DNA of 64,000 bases from Geosiphon pyriformis uo1 (taxonomy: Eukaryota; Fungi; Glomeromycota). A model generated the notes under the pieces. It had not been told where the DNA came from. It ran no database searches and saw only the letters and a program-made list of their open reading frames with translations. Location of the stretch: positions 124,001-188,000 of the forward strand of contig JAAOMT010000617.1 in assembly GCA_016748015.1 (NCBI GenBank), read 5' to 3'. Positions 14,488-30,024 of the stretch are shown here, piece by piece; the first letter of the stretch is position 1; every line of letters begins with the position of its first letter. Position numbers and translations under genes: made by a program.

Positions 14488-17058
14488 TTTGATGGTGAAT
14501 ATTGATAAAGGTATAGATTCTTTAAAAGAATAGATGGTGCTAAATTAAAACTTGTCACCTAAAAATGAATACTGCGGCCTTTATAATGTTATTCACTAAA
14601 AGATACTTGAATTTAAACTAATAGCGGTCTAAAGTATAAATTGATTGAGGAAAATTTGTATAAAGCAGTTTTTTTAATTTTTTTTTCAAATATTTTACAA
14701 AATAATTTAACATACAATTTATTAGTATAATAATACATAAGCCAAATTATGTTATAAATAATTATGATTAATCTCGGAAAATTTTATTTGATTGGTTAAT
14801 TTTGATTGGGCGAAAAAGTAATAATCATGTGTTTAATGTAATTTTTATCAGTTATGTAAAATAATAAGTTGGGTAATTAAATAAAAAAAATGTATAAATA
14901 AAAAACACATAAATACCTAGCATTTTGACAAGTTATCCTATTATGCTCTGGTTTACTACGTTTATCACAGGTGTTTATATGTAATTTTTCTTTTTTTTGG
15001 TAATAAATTTATAATATTTGGTTTTTGAGCATTCTTTTTGTTATAAAACCAACAGATTTTTAATTAATTTAGATTCATTTTTTTTTGTTTGTATTATTGG
15101 CTTGAACTTTAGAAGATTCTTGAAAATTTCGATTTTGTACTAATTTAATAAATGTAACTGAATTAAAAATTCAGATATTATATGGTAATAAATTTAAATA
15201 AGTATTTAACAAAACAATAATACAACAAATAAAATACTTTATTAGAAAAAACAATTTAATAATTTACTTAAAAACTATTTATTAACTATATTTAATATTT
15301 TAAAAATATTATAAGTTTTATTATATTTAGTTATAAAAATATTAATAATAAACCAACTAAAAAAAGATAATTAACTTATAGGCAAAAAACTGAAAATAAA
15401 AATTTCTAATTCCATAATAAAAAAAATATTTATTAAATTTTATTAAAACTTAATATTAAAAAAAAAAGATAATATTACTTAAAAAGTAATAAAAAATAAA
15501 TATAACATAAATTAGCCAATTATATATTAAAAATTATTAAATAATATAATATTAAAAATTTTAAAAAAATTTTAAAAATACTAAAAACTTTAATAATAAT
15601 TCAAAAAGTATAAAAATTATTAAAAATTTCAAAAATCTCATATTATATAGATAATAATAGTATTAAAAACAAAAAAAACAATTTTTTTATTAGATTTCTA
15701 TAAAATAATTTTAATAATTAATAATTTAATACTTAAAGTAATTTTTTTTTAATAAAATTAAAATTTAATATTAATTATTTAAATTCTATAAATCAATATT
15801 TATTTTATTAAAACAATAGTTTTTAATTATAATTATTAATAAAATACTAATTTTTTACTTTATTATTATTATTATTATTTTTTGTTTTGTTATTTATATT
15901 AATTAATTAAAAAAAATATTAAGATTAAAACATCAAAGATTCTTTGGTAAAAAATACAAAAATATACATAAAATTAATTTATTAATAATTGAATTATTTA
16001 TTAAAAAAGTAATTAATATTAAAATAAACATAAAATTAAATATTGAGTATTATTAACTATTATTATTTGAATTTTTATTTGTTATGTAAAGAACTTAACT
16101 ATTAATATCTTCAAATTTATTTACCAATTATAGTTTTAACTTATAAATTATACAACTATTTATAATATTATATTTTTTTTAAGAATTCAGAATTTTTTAC
16201 AATATACAAAAAAGTTATATCTTTTTTTTTAATTTTTTTTCTACTTTTTTTAATTTTTTTTCTTTAATATATTCTAAAATATTTTGGTTTTTTGTTCAAA
16301 TATTTGCAAATATTTTTGGTGTATTATAAATTATTTAGTTAAGTTAAAATGTTTTTTTTTGTTTTTATTTGTTGCTAGTTTTTGTTTTAATTTTAAATTA
16401 AAAAAATTGTAAATAAACTAAATATGTTTCTTTATAAAATTAGATAATATTGTAATTAAGTTTTTAAAAATAAGTAAGACAAATATTATCATTAATAATT
16501 TTTGTTTTTATAATTAAATAGTAGATTAAATTTTCAAGAAGATTTTGTTTAAATTTTGTAATATTTTGATTTTCAAAAAAATAGTTGTTAATTTAATTTT
16601 TAATGTATTAATAAAAAGTTTTTTTTATCATTGTAATTTTGTCTTAAATTTTAATTTTTTACTTACAATAAATATAAATTAATTGATAATACTTTAAAGT
16701 TGTTGTATTAGATATGATTGTTATTTTGAATAATTTTATTATTGTATTAATTTTTAGAAGAACATTAAATATTATTAGAGATTTTAATTTTTTTTAAATA
16801 TTGTTAATATCAAATTTGTTGTTAAATTTGTTATTTATAAAAACTGATAAAATTTTGATAAATTAATTTCTTTTTAAAGTATTTTTTTATACTTTAAACT
16901 ATTTATATTATTAAATTTATAATAGAATAACTAATTTTATATCAATTATTTGTACAGTTATTTTGTAATAAAAGTCAACTTTTTTACAAATAATTTTGAC
17001 TATAAGCTACTTGATAAAATAAAATAAAATATAAAAAAAATATTATCTGTTTAAATTA

Positions 17059-18602
17059 CCGTAAACTCCCGTGAATAAGCAATCCCTGTAAATAAGCAAC
17101 CCTCCCTTTTTAAGTCTAAAAGTCTTAGAAAAGTTGAATAAGCAACCCCTTTATATATACCAAAATAAATTTTTATTTATTTATCTAATTCTAATTCTTC
17201 AGCAGAAATATTATCTTTATTTACTATTTCATTTAAATCATCAATTTGATTACTAATTTCTGTATCAGAACTATATAATAAATCATCCTCAGTTCCATCT
17301 AATGCATTAGAAATTCCACATTTTTTAAATGATTTAATAATCATTTCTAAAGGAATATCTTTCCATACCTCTAAAATCCACTGGCAAATCAAATTATATT
17401 GTGGTTTTTTTGAAAATCTCCATGACTCATCCATAATCGCCATTTTTCTCTCAATCTGTCTTTAAATGGTTTGTTTATACATACATCCAAAGGTTGAATA
17501 ATTGATGTTAAACCGCCAGGAATAATTGCCACATGAGTATTATTAACATTGCATTTTTGGCGTACTGATTCAGTTTTGTGCCCTTCAAATGAATCCATAA
17601 CAAGTAAAGAGGTAGGTTTGGATGCTGTTGATATTCCAGGACGTTTGTTCCAAATTTGATCTATCCATTCACACATCAAATGTTCATCCATCCAAGCTTT
17701 TTCATGCATATATACGACAACGCCTTTGGGAAGATTAGGAGGAGTTCGTACACCTTTGAAAATTATCATAGGAGGGAGTTTGCCGCCATCTGCTGTTATA
17801 GCCAAGACACAAGTAAACCAGTTGTTCGAATTTGAATAGTTTTGGCTCCTTTTACATTGATTGTAGTAGAACCTGCCATGTCAAAATAAATGGGAGTTTC
17901 ATCCATATTGACTATTTGAGAAAGATTATACTGGTACGCTAGTCGAGATCGGATTATAAATCTTTGAAATTCGATGATTTTTTCATTCAAATCGTTGCCT
18001 AATGGCACTAAAGCAGTCGAAATTCTTCTTGATAATTCCGCTACAGTAATTTAATGGGAACAAGTGCCAAAAATTAGACGAATACGTCAAATCACATGTT
18101 TAGGATACAAAGAGCTTACGTGATCACAAATGAGAAATCCTTTGGAATTAATATAGTATATTGACCAAATAGAATTTGTTAAGATTCTGAGTCTCATAAT
18201 AATAGTATCCAATTTCCAATTCGAAACTCGACTTGATAATTTTTGCTACAATGAACCCAAGTTTCTTAAGATCAACATTACAAGTGCTATAGTATATACT
18301 GCTCGAAATCATGTCTCATCCAAAGGTATTATTTTTGTGTTGTTGCATTCACACAAGTATCTATTTCACCACATTTATAATAATCGAAATATCAGCTTCT
18401 AATACCAACGAAATGGCTCAATCAGATGATCAATAAATTAGCGACGCGATTGAAATTCGTAATAGATATATGCACACTGAATAATTTAACCATTGGACCA
18501 ATAGGCATTAAGTATTCAAAAAGTCTCGTGAATAAGCAACCCCCCTAAAAAATCGATCCAAAATTGATGACGTAGGGGTTGCTTATTCACGGGAGTTTAC
18601 GG
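17059..18602 (-). mobile_element. pogo-like Tc1/mariner DNA transposon, non-autonomous deletion derivative
   Basis: TIRs CCGTAAACTCCCGTGAATAAGCAA and TTGCTTATTCACGGGAGTTTACGG, with TA on both sides (17057-17058 and 18603-18604). Subterminal AATAAGCAAC copies lie near 17090, 17135 and 18530. Confidence 0.95.
17177..18030 (-). pseudogene. DDE_1 (pogo/CENP-B-like) transposase fragment with two frameshifts and no recognisable HTH domain
   Basis: NMDETP, ADGGKLPPMIIFKG, LLVMDSFEGH, IPGGLTSIIQPLDVCINKPFK and IIKSFKKCGISNALDGTEDD are spread across three ORFs. Confidence 0.92.
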
Positions 18603-19499
18603 TAAGTAATTACTAAAATTAATAATTAATTAATTTCAAAACATTAGTTAGAATTTGTGAATTTCAAATAGTTATAATTATAAAAAATTTGGTTTTCAAA
18701 TAAAAATTTTATTTTTTTAATTTGTTGTTTTAAATTAAAAATAAAGTAATTTTAAAGAAGATATATTTTTTTTAAAAAAAGCTCTTTTTTTATATAATTT
18801 ATTATAATACTATTCCATAATTTAGTAAATTTTTAAATATTATATATATTGGAATATTACATAATCTAATTATTACATTTAATTATCATATATATTATAC
18901 AAATTAAATTATTAATTAAATAATAATATTTAATAATTTAACTAAATAATAAGTAATAAATTAAAATAATAATATATGCTAATTAATAATAGAAATTATA
19001 AAGATAATTTTATGTTAATTATAATTTAATTTTCTGTTAATAATAATATTTAATTTAAATGCGTTTTTTTTTGGTTTTGAAATTATAATAATTATAAATA
19101 ATGGCTTCAAATATGTATTTAAGATTGCAAAGATTTCTGGTCAACTTTTTTTGGTTTACTTGCTATTTTAAAACAATTTTTTAATTGTAATTCTTGATTT
19201 ATTTGCTAGAACATTTAGTTATGTAAAAATAGATTAAATTTTTAGCATTAATATTAATAATAATATTATTATTATTATTATAATAAACAATAGTATATTT
19301 GTTATATTAGAGAATAATTTCAGTAAAAATAATACTAAATATAATATTAATTTTAAAAAATGTTTTAATTTGAAGTTGTTTAATCTCTTTGTTGACTATT
19401 CTGTAATAAAAATTTCTATTTAACACAATTTTAGAAAATACAAAAAATTATTGAATTTTTGTTTGTTACTATTATTAAACAATATATATATAAAATTTC

Positions 19500-22100
19500 A
19501 GAATTTTATAATACTAATTATAAGATTGTTTTTGTTAAATAAAATGATCTGTTAAATTTTTATTTTAATATTATACAAAAACAAATCAATAAAAAGTGCT
19601 AAAAATATAAGTTTAAAAATATTAATATAAACAAATAAGTTTGTTTTAAAAATTTATTTTTATTAATAAATATGGTTATTATTAAGATATTAAACAAGTA
19701 ATATAAAATTGGTAATCTTAATACAATATAATTTTCTTAAAAACATTTGGTATTTATTTGTTAATAATATTTTGATAAATTTTTAACTAAAATTTTAATA
19801 AAAATAAAAATAAATAATTATTTAAGTTTTATAATCTGAAAAAATTAGTGTTTAAATTTGCAAAAAATTGAGATTAAATCTAAGTTTTAAGTTTGAATAA
19901 ATTTTAAATATTTGATTATCTGTTAATAAAATTGAAACTTTTGTAATTAAAAATATTTTAAATAATAATTTAAGTATTATTAATATAAAAAGAGTTATAA
20001 AATTTTTAAGTATCATAAATTATGTGCTGTTAAAATTTTTAATATTAGAACAATTATCAAAAACATATAAACAATTTTATTAATAATAAAAATTAATAAG
20101 ATTATAAAAAGTTAAATTAAAAAAAAGTAATATTAAATAAAATTTTAAATTTTTAACAATAGCAATATGTTTTTTTAAAGTATATTAATAATAAAATATT
20201 TAATAATATTATAAAACAAATCAAGTTAAATAAATTATTATTAGTTATTAATAATTTTTTTAATAACAAAATTATAAATTTGTTTGATATTTTTAATAAA
20301 TTTTAAAAGCATTATAATAAGTTTTTTATTAATTTGTTATTGAATTTACTAAATATTTATTTGTTAAAAAAACTGTTTTTACTACTTAATAAAAAATTTG
20401 AATTTGAATGATCTTTAAACCTTATAAATAAAAAAGTATTTTTATTAATACTTACTTATTATTCTAATTAAAACTGTTAAGAAAACACTTTTAAAAATTT
20501 TGTCTAATAAGATTTTTTTAGTATATAACAAGTTTGGTGTTTTTTATAATAATAACTTTTTAGTTTTAAAAAATTTTAATTTAATCTTTTATTTTTATAA
20601 ATTTAATAATTGCTTTAATAAATTGTCTTTAATTATTGGTTTTAATCTTTAAATATTTTTAATTTGTGTAAATTAAATTTGATTTATAATTAATTAATTA
20701 ATATTAATATAATCTGTTTTTTTATTTATATTAATAATTTTTTAAGCAATCTAAATACTACAGATATAAAAGTCAATATTACAGCTTTTTTTAAAAATCT
20801 GAATTTGAGTCTAGATGTTAAAATATTTGGATTAGTATTTTTTACAATAATCAAATTATAGTTTATTGTATTAGTCTTAAAATGTATCTTTTTTTTATAT
20901 AATTGAAATAATTTTTGACAATCAAACAGTTTTAGATACTTATTATTCAGAATTGGTTTTAATTTTGTCAAATTTTTATAATTATTGTTGAATTAAATGA
21001 CAACATATTGTAAATATTATCAAAAAAAAATTTAAGTATTAATTAATATAAGATTAAAAATTATTTTGGTGTTTTGAATAATAAGAAAGCTAATATTCTA
21101 ACTAATGTTATCTTATTTTCAGATATAGTATTTTCAGTTTGCATACAAGAATAATTTATTAAAATTAATAGTAAAATTGTTTCTGAAAATATGAAGCATT
21201 TTGTTTATAAAGTTTTTTAGACAATCTATTGTGCTTATTAGAAAATTGAGTTTAGTATTAGAATTTTAAACAATAATTTGCTTGAAAACATAAACTAAGT
21301 CCGATCATTACTGGTTTGGTATCTTAATTCTTATATAATAGTTGAGTTTATAAGCAAAACTATAACTGAATATATTTTTATTTTATAAAAATTTTATATT
21401 ACAGATTATTAGTAGTTATTTGTAAACATTTATATAACAAATATTATTATAATATTTTGTGTTTTATTTTAAGAAAATCAAATTTTTGAACCACATTTTT
21501 TCTTGTAAAATAGATACTAAAGTTTATAAAAAGTTATTAAATATTTATATAGTCATTTAGAAAGTATTATTTGGTTTATATAAATTATTATCATATATAT
21601 CTCAATTAATTTTTTTGTGCTTTTCTGATATTATTATATATACTGTTTTGTATAAAAAATTTGTTTTTAAAAACTGATTTTATAAATCTTTTTTAGTTTT
21701 TAGAAATTTAAAATTGTTAGTTATAAGATTATAAACTTTATATATAGTTTTAGACTAGTTATAAGAGTAATATTTAGCTTGTTTATTTTAAGCACTGTGA
21801 TAAAACTGTATTAATAATTATTGTTAACTTAATATTTGTGTTATTTAATAGTATAGTTAAGCTACTTAAAATTTCTAAGATTTTTAAAATTAGTTTTAGT
21901 ATATATAAATTGTATTTATTCTTTTCAAATATTAAAAATATAATTTTTATATATGTAAAAACATAGTATTGTTTTGATTAATTTAAGTAACTGATTATAT
22001 ATAATAAACATATAATTTATACTTAATTTAAATTATTTAGTTTAATGTATTATACTAAGTAGTATTTAGACTTTATTTATTAAACATAATAAAAAAAATT
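19500..22100 (+). mobile_element. Heavily eroded LINE-like ORF2 and 3' end
   Basis: Near 21450-21510 the text reads like an eroded zinc-finger segment (NILCF...KIKFLNHIFSC) corresponding to ORF 5129-5356. The 3' end at about 21950-22100 aligns by eye with about 5785-5935. The left boundary is approximate. Confidence 0.5.
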
Positions 22101-25100
22101 AATTGGTTTTGTAAAACATATATAAAGTTTAAAATTTTGTAAACTAAAATTATTTAAAAAATAGTTTAATTTAAATTAAAATATATAAGAAATTTTTTGA
22201 ATTTTTTAAAAAATATTTTTCAGTTTTTTATCATATTTTACTATTTAGTTAAATATTTCTAAATTTTTTTTTAATTATAAAACTGCTAAGAAAAAGTGTA
22301 AAAATAAAATTTTAAAAAACTGGCTTTTAGTATTAACACAAATACTTTTTATAATGTTTTTTTAGCTGGTAAAATAGCTGGTTTAGATATTAAAAACATT
22401 ATAAAATCAAATAATATAAACATAAAAAAAATCAGTTTTTAGTTTAACAATAAGAATAAATCTAATTTTAAGAATATTAATATAATTTTAAAAGACCAAA
22501 AATTATAACAAAATGTGTTTTTGAAAACTTTTTAAAACAATTAATTTTAGAATCAGTAATAATAATAATAATTTTTTAAATAAATCTATTTCTTTTTTTA
22601 AAGTTGTTAATTAATTTTTTGTTTATAAATTATTTTGTTTTAGATATTAATTTTTTAGTTATAAATAAAAAATTTTCTTAATATAAATTAAAATCAATAA
22701 AAAAATTGTTTTTAAGTATAAATAGTTTTAAAAAAAAATATTTATTTCTTCAAAATTTAGTAATTATTCAAGTATTGTTTATTTTAAAAAAACTAATAAT
22801 AAAAACAGCTAAATTAACAAATAATAAAAATATTATAGTAAATATTAATTTCAAAAAATCTGCAAAAATTACATAAATTAGACCGTAATTATTAAAAAAA
22901 TTTTTGTAAAAAAATTTAAAAAGATTATATAAACTGTACTTGTTAATTATAATTCTATTAAGTTAATTAAAATACAATTAGTAAAATTGTAACAAAAAAC
23001 TATAATATAAGAGTTTAATAGTGTTTATAGTTCTATAAAAAAATAGTTTATATTCATATTTTAAAATTATATATTTAACTGTTTTTTTTGTTTGTTTAAA
23101 CTTATTAAAATAGTTTTATATTTTATTTTTAAAACTATATTTACTAAAAATATCAAAATTTAAACTATTTTAATTATTAAATTTTAATAATATTAGATAA
23201 TAAATATATTTTGATAAGTTAAAAAAATAAAGTTATTATGTATATATATAAATTTTATAAATCTTTTTGACTAATTATAGTAATTAAACAAAGTAATAAT
23301 TAATAAACAAATAATACAAAAAAAATATATTTTTTAATTTTATTGAATTTAAACAAATTTGTAAACTTCAAACCAGATTTAAATTAAATTAGATTTGTTA
23401 AAAAAATAACAGATTATATTAAAATTTATAATATTTGTTATTATCAATAGAAATTTAAGTTATTAATTAACATAAAATTATTTTTATAATTCTTATTATT
23501 AATTAATATATATTATTGTTTTAAATTATCAATTATTATTTAATTAATAATTTAACAAAATATTTAATAGTTTACCAAAATAATTAATAATTTATAAAAA
23601 TAATTTGTAATTTATTAAAATATATCTTTAATTTATCGAAATATTAGTAAAAAAAGTGCTAAATTATAGAATAATATTATAAAAAAAAGTTTTTTTCTTT
23701 AAAAAAATGTATTTTAGTTTAAAATTATTTAATCATTAATTAGTTACTATAAATTAATTCAATAAAAATCTATATTGAAAATTAAAACTTATAATAAAAG
23801 TTAATTTTTTTACAGAAATTTTCATTTGTCAGCTTTTTAATAATATAATATTACTTTGCTGTAAAAGTCAATTTTTTTACAAGAAATTTTAACTGTAAGT
23901 TATCTAATAATATAATAAAAAAATAAACACGAAAATAAAAAAAATGTAAAAAAATTGTCTTTGGTTCAAATCTAAAATTAACTAATTAATTACTAAAATT
24001 AGTAACTAATTAATTTTAAAATATTAATTACAATTGTAAGTTTAAACAGTAGTAATTTAAAAAAGAAAAAGTAATTGGCATAAAATTAATTATTTTATTA
24101 TAATCCAAAAATATATATAATTTAAAATATAAAAAAACTTGAAATAGATTACAAATTCTTTTTTATTATTATTTATAAACTAATAAATTAATAAAATATT
24201 TTAATTAAATACTTTATAAAACTTTAACCAAGACCAAGAAAAAACAAACATATAAAACAAAATTTTGCTTTTGGTATTTTTTGCTTATAAAACAGTAAAT
24301 TATAATATAATTAATTATAAACTTTTTTACTTATTTTATAAATACATAACAATATTATTTATTAAAATTAATATTGTAATAATATCTTTTAAAAAAATAA
24401 TTAAACTTAATAACAAGAATATTTTGCAATAAAAACTTGAAACAATATTAGACTTTTTAATAAAAACACAAATAATTACTTATAAAAAAATAAAAATATT
24501 TTAAGAAAAACTTAAAAAAACATATAAAATATTTTTTTAAGTATTAGTAATTTAGTTTTTAAATACAGATTAGATTAAAACAATATTTTTAATAATAAGT
24601 TTTCAAGTTAATAAAAAAATCATTTATAGTTAACAAAATATTAAATAATAAATCTTATATTTTGTAAAACTAATGTTTATAATCAATTTATTCATAATAC
24701 AAAAATTAAAAAATATAACAAAAAACTTAATTGGTTACTAATTGTTATAGTACTGACAATATTTATTTATAATAAGCCAAAACAAATATAAAAAAAGTTA
24801 TTTTAATTTCAAAATATTTTTTTTATAATTCATAAATATTAAATGAAAAACTACTTAAATAGTTTGCTTACCATTAAATAATAAATAATAATAAAAAATA
24901 AAATTAGAATATACTTTGTTATTAACTCTTAAAAAACTATAATAAAAAAAATAAAAAATTGGTAATAAAATAAAAAAATATATGTTTAAATACATAATTG
25001 TTAAAATATTTTTTTCTTTTAATATATTTAAAAAAACAATAAAAAGAGTTTTGTTTATAGACAAAAAACTGTTATATAGAAGACAATTTAAATAAAAAAC

Positions 25101-26801
25101 TTTGCAAAATTATTAAAAATATAAAGCTTTTAAAAAAAATAACTTTAAAAATTCAAACAAAAATTCTAAGTATTATATGTTTAGATGTTTTAAAAGTTTT
25201 AATTATTGCAAAAAGAGTCAAAATACTTATATAAAAGTTTAAATTTTTAAATTCAAAACTAATATTATTATAGTTTTTTTATATTTTATTAATTAAAAAG
25301 ATTGAAAAATTAGTTAGCTTTAAGATAAAAACTCCAAAACTTTCTTCAAATAATTTTATTTTATCAAAACTCAATCTTTTTAAAAAATAATATTATAATT
25401 AAAATTTTTATTTTTTAGTTTTTATTTATTTATTTAACTATAATTAATTACATATATTAATTTTTGATATTATTAAATAACTATTTTATTTTTTTTACTA
25501 TTTTTTTTTGATTTGTATAATAATTAATTTTTATAAAATATATTAAGTAAACATTTACTGAGAAGTACAACTAATATTTAATATTAAATTCTAAAAGTAT
25601 TAATATAAAACATAAAATTATACCAATGTGTTATTTTTGTTAACAGTATAAATTAATTTTTTATTTTCGGATTTTTTTGTTATTTTTTAAAAAGAATAGT
25701 AACTGAAATATTTATAAGACTTATCTTGTACATAGAATTTTTATTGATTTAATTCGCTTATTAAAGTTGAATTATCTTTTGAATATTTTATTATCATACA
25801 ATACTATTTTTCTTTGCTATTTATTAATATATTATATCTAATTATAACAATATTATATAAAAATATTATATAATTTCATATAATTAGAATAAAAAATAAA
25901 AAATTGAAAATATTTTGTTATAATTAGTTTATTAAATTAGAATTATTAACACATTTAAAATAAAAATTACAAAATTAATTATTTAATAATTTTTAATCAA
26001 AAGTATTAATTAAGCAAAATTTTAAATAAAAAATTTTAAAACCAATTTTTGATTCTTAAATAAAAAAAATTCGAAAATAATAATTTAAAGCCATTAATTT
26101 TTTGAAAATAAATTTAATATCAAAAATTATAACTTTAAGAGTATTTTTTTATATTTTATATTTTAATTATAAAAAGTAAATTAAAAGTCTAATTTAAGCT
26201 TATAAAATAAAATAAAATAAAATAAAACATTAAATTTAAATTTTTTGATTTTGTTAATAGTTTAAAAAATATATTTATAATTTTTAAATATAGAAACTAT
26301 AATCAACAATAAAAAATAAATTTTTTAATTAAGAACTTTTTTTTATAATTTACAATTACAACCAAATTATAAAACATTATTTTTTTTATTTCAATATTTA
26401 AAAAGCTTTTTTAAAAGCAAACAATATTTTTTAAAATTTTTTTTCTTAAATAATAAACATACAAACAGTTTTTAATTACTAAAAAAGCCTAAAAGCTTTT
26501 AATAAAAAATTCATAACTAATTTATTTTTTTTGATCAATTTTTTTAATATTATTTAAATAGCCAAAATTAAAAAAAAATCTTTTTTTTTCAAAATTAATG
26601 CATTTAATTTCCTTAAAATATTTAAGAAAAATGTTTTTATTATTTTTTAGATTATAAGTTTTAATTTAAGCTTGTTTTTTCTTTTATAAAAAACATGTAT
26701 TAATTTTAATTCTTTGGTGTTTTTATTAGTTTTGTTGCAATTATATTAATTATAGTACTCAATTTTATTTTAATTATAATTAATAGCTTTTTTTATTTTA
26801 G

Positions 26802-26879
<78 letters not shown>
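26802..26879. repeat. (TAA)n microsatellite, about 26 units
   Basis: Perfect ataataata... run. Confidence 0.98.
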
Positions 26880-29610
26880 TATTTACCAAAACTAATACTA
26901 ATTATTATTTAATTGAATTAATTTTTACTAATTTTAAAAGCAAAACAAATTATATTTTTATATATAATTTTAACTAATCAATTTTTAAAATTTATCTAAT
27001 TTTAAGAATTAAGTTAATAAAATAAAACCAAAATTTTTTTTTTGTTTTTGTTTCTGTTGTTATAATTTTATATAATATTTTTTTAACGAAATTTAGAATT
27101 TTTTAAGTGTTTTTAGTAAAATTTATGGTATTTAGCTAAATTTACTAATTTATAACAATATATTATTATAAAATTTAGGTATTATAGAGTTATTAAATGC
27201 TATTATTGCTTATTAATTAATTTTAATAATAAAAAATATTATTAAATTTTTTTTTGATTAAATTATTGTTTTTATAATATATTTAAAACTAAATTAATTT
27301 TTTTTGATTGTATAGTTTTAAATTAAATATTATATTTGCTTTATTATTTGGTTTTTAATAATTATTATTTTATATTTTAAAAATTCTTAATAAAACAGTT
27401 ATTAAAATTAATATTTTATAAAAAAATTATATTTGGTAAAAAACTTATAAATATTAATATTATTATAAATATAAAGTTTAAATTACTTGATTTTTGATTA
27501 TAAAATTATATTTTTTGGTTATAAAGACTTTTTTTAAGTTTATTAATGTTTTTAAAATTTTTATTAATATGTTTTTTAACTTAGTATATTATATTAAAAT
27601 TGTTGTTTTTTTTGTTATATGTGTTTTTTTGGTAAAGTATATAGATTTAAAATTAATTTACTTAAATCTAAGTTGTAAAATTTGTTAGATTTAATTAAAA
27701 CCGTGTTAAATTAATTTAATAATAAATTCAATTATTTTTTTGTAATTATTAAAGTAAATCTTATTATAATTATTAAAATTTGGTTTACTTTTTTAAAAAA
27801 TCAAATCAAAAATCAAATTAATTTAATTGTTAATTTGCTAAAAAACTTAAGCCAATTTATTAATTATTTTTAATAATATGTATAAAATATAAAAATAATA
27901 AAGTAAAAATTTAAAAATATAATAAGTAAATAAATTATTAAGAATAAAAAACTTTTAATAAGTATATAAGCAAATAAATAAATAAATATTTAATTCAAAT
28001 AGTTAATTATATGTTAAAATTATATAAATTGTATTAATTTTGTAAATTATTGGTTTTACATATGTAAATAATAGTTAAATTATATTTTGTAAAAGCAAAT
28101 ATTTTTTAAACAGTTTTAAAAATGATTTATTAAAGTTAAATTTACTATTCAGCTTTAAAAATTTTTCATGTTAAACTATAATAATATATCTATTATTATA
28201 GTATTAAATTATAATATATTATATTATTTTTAAAATTAAATTTAAAATTAATATAAGTAATTTTATATCTTTCAATTAATATTAAAAATTAAATTTTAAA
28301 ATAAGTGTTATTATTTCAATTTTTAATTAATATTTAAAAGTTATTTATAAATATAAAAATTATTGATTTTTTAAAAAAGTGTTTTATATATATTAATTTA
28401 AAAATAATAAGCATTAATACATATTTCTTAAACAATAAAAAATATATATATCGCAAATTCTTAATATTTGTAGATTTAGTATTAAAAATTTGCAAATAAA
28501 TAATAATAATTTTTTTATTTTTTATCAATGAACAATAACATGAATTAATCAACTTTTGGTTAATAAAAATTGCTTATTTTGAACTTTGTAAAAATAAATA
28601 CCACAATATTATAATTTCTGCACATTGAATTTTGTCAGCAAAAACAAGAGAATATCCATCTTTCGAAAACATAATGGTTTAAACTTTTTCGAAACTATTT
28701 GTTCAATAATCAAAGTTTAAGGCTTGATAAACTCATGGTCATCTAGCTGCCACATTTCCCATGCTTTTAAATATTGGTACACGTGTTTTTAGCGCGAAAA
28801 AATTGAGAAATAATATTCTCTCTTCATTGGTAATTTTAGGAGGTAAAATATAGTAACATTACAAAGTTTTCATGTCTCGTTAAATTTTTGGTATTTCAAT
28901 CAAAGAGGACCGTAGGCCAACTTTTGTGTTGTCTTTCTCAGAAGAGAAGAGAGGAGGGAACATACGAAAATTGTGATTTAATTTCTCTCATCAAAATAAT
29001 TCCAGAATCTTTTTGGCTTCCCTTACTATCTAGTTAAAAAAATATATAGAGAAGGAAAAAAAATTGTGGCTAGGATACCGACATCTTCAAATAGTTTTAT
29101 TTGTTATAACTTGATTGATGAAATTTTATACGTGAGTAAAACAAAGGGTCTATTCTTTAGCAATGTCATTTTGAGAAAATTCAGATAAAAGCATTACCTT
29201 CATGTGGAAGACGAAAATATACTTAAAATGGGGGGTTTATTATGATCTTTCTAGCTGCACGGCTTTGCTTATTTCATCAGACAATAGTTTAATTAGGAAA
29301 CTCACGGCGTTGCTCAATCCTCGAAATAGAAAAATCAGGGAAATATGAACGTGATTTCTTAACTCTACAAAAAATTGCTTCAGGTCAAAAGATCTTTTAC
29401 GGCCATTCGACATATCAGGATGGTAATGCTCTCTTAAACTTAAATCATGGGGCTTTAACAATCTGATTCGCTCTAAAAACGATTGATTGATTCCTTAATT
29501 TGTTTCTGGGATAACTTTCTAGTCTGCATTATAGCAAAATGTGAGCAATATATAAAGCAGCTACTTTCCATCGCCTGTGTAATGGATAAATATAAAAATC
29601 AAGTCGCAAA

Positions 29611-30024
29611 ATGTCATCAATATTTCCGCCAAACAAGCGTGAACTTTTTCTCAAACCTTCAACAAAACCAATCACTCGTTTGAATCCCGCAATTGCAACT
29701 AATAGTTCCCAAAACTGCAATCATACCTTGGGGTCTAATCCCACACAAAAAAAATCATTATTAACAGAAGATGTTGCACCTACCATTTTTATCGGTAAAA
29801 CTAAAACCTTGAATCGACCTATGGTGCAACCCATGTTCATTCTGAGCCCTACAATTGAATATGCCAATAGTTGTCACAGAGAAGAAGCTGAAATCAAAGG
29901 AGTCCCTGGAAACAAGAATAATCTCACTAGGGGTCAAAATCGGGAGATGGTCGAAATTGGAAAAGAAGATATATATCGTGATCTAACAAACGGAGCAGTA
30001 CAGATTCAAAATGGCAGAGAATAA
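29611..30024 (+). CDS. Hypothetical protein, 137 aa
   Basis: ATG-to-TAA ORF with gene-like composition. No recognisable motif. Confidence 0.3.
   Translation: MSSIFPPNKRELFLKPSTKPITRLNPAIATNSSQNCNHTLGSNPTQKKSLLTEDVAPTIFIGKTKTLNRPMVQPMFILSPTIEYANSCHREEAEIKGVPGNKNNLTRGQNREMVEIGKEDIYRDLTNGAVQIQNGRE

Larger units (their letters stand above)
14600..28600. other. Extremely AT-rich TE graveyard
   Basis: Many 60-nt lines contain only a few G/C bases (the line starting at 15541 has two). No credible ORFs outside the pogo element. Ghost LINE motifs are still recognisable. Confidence 0.85.

Noticed and set aside
20726-28552. ORFs 20726-20971, 24855-25064, 27494-27688 and 28334-28552
   Set aside because: Rich in K/I/F/N/L as expected by chance in extreme AT DNA. 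No motifs.
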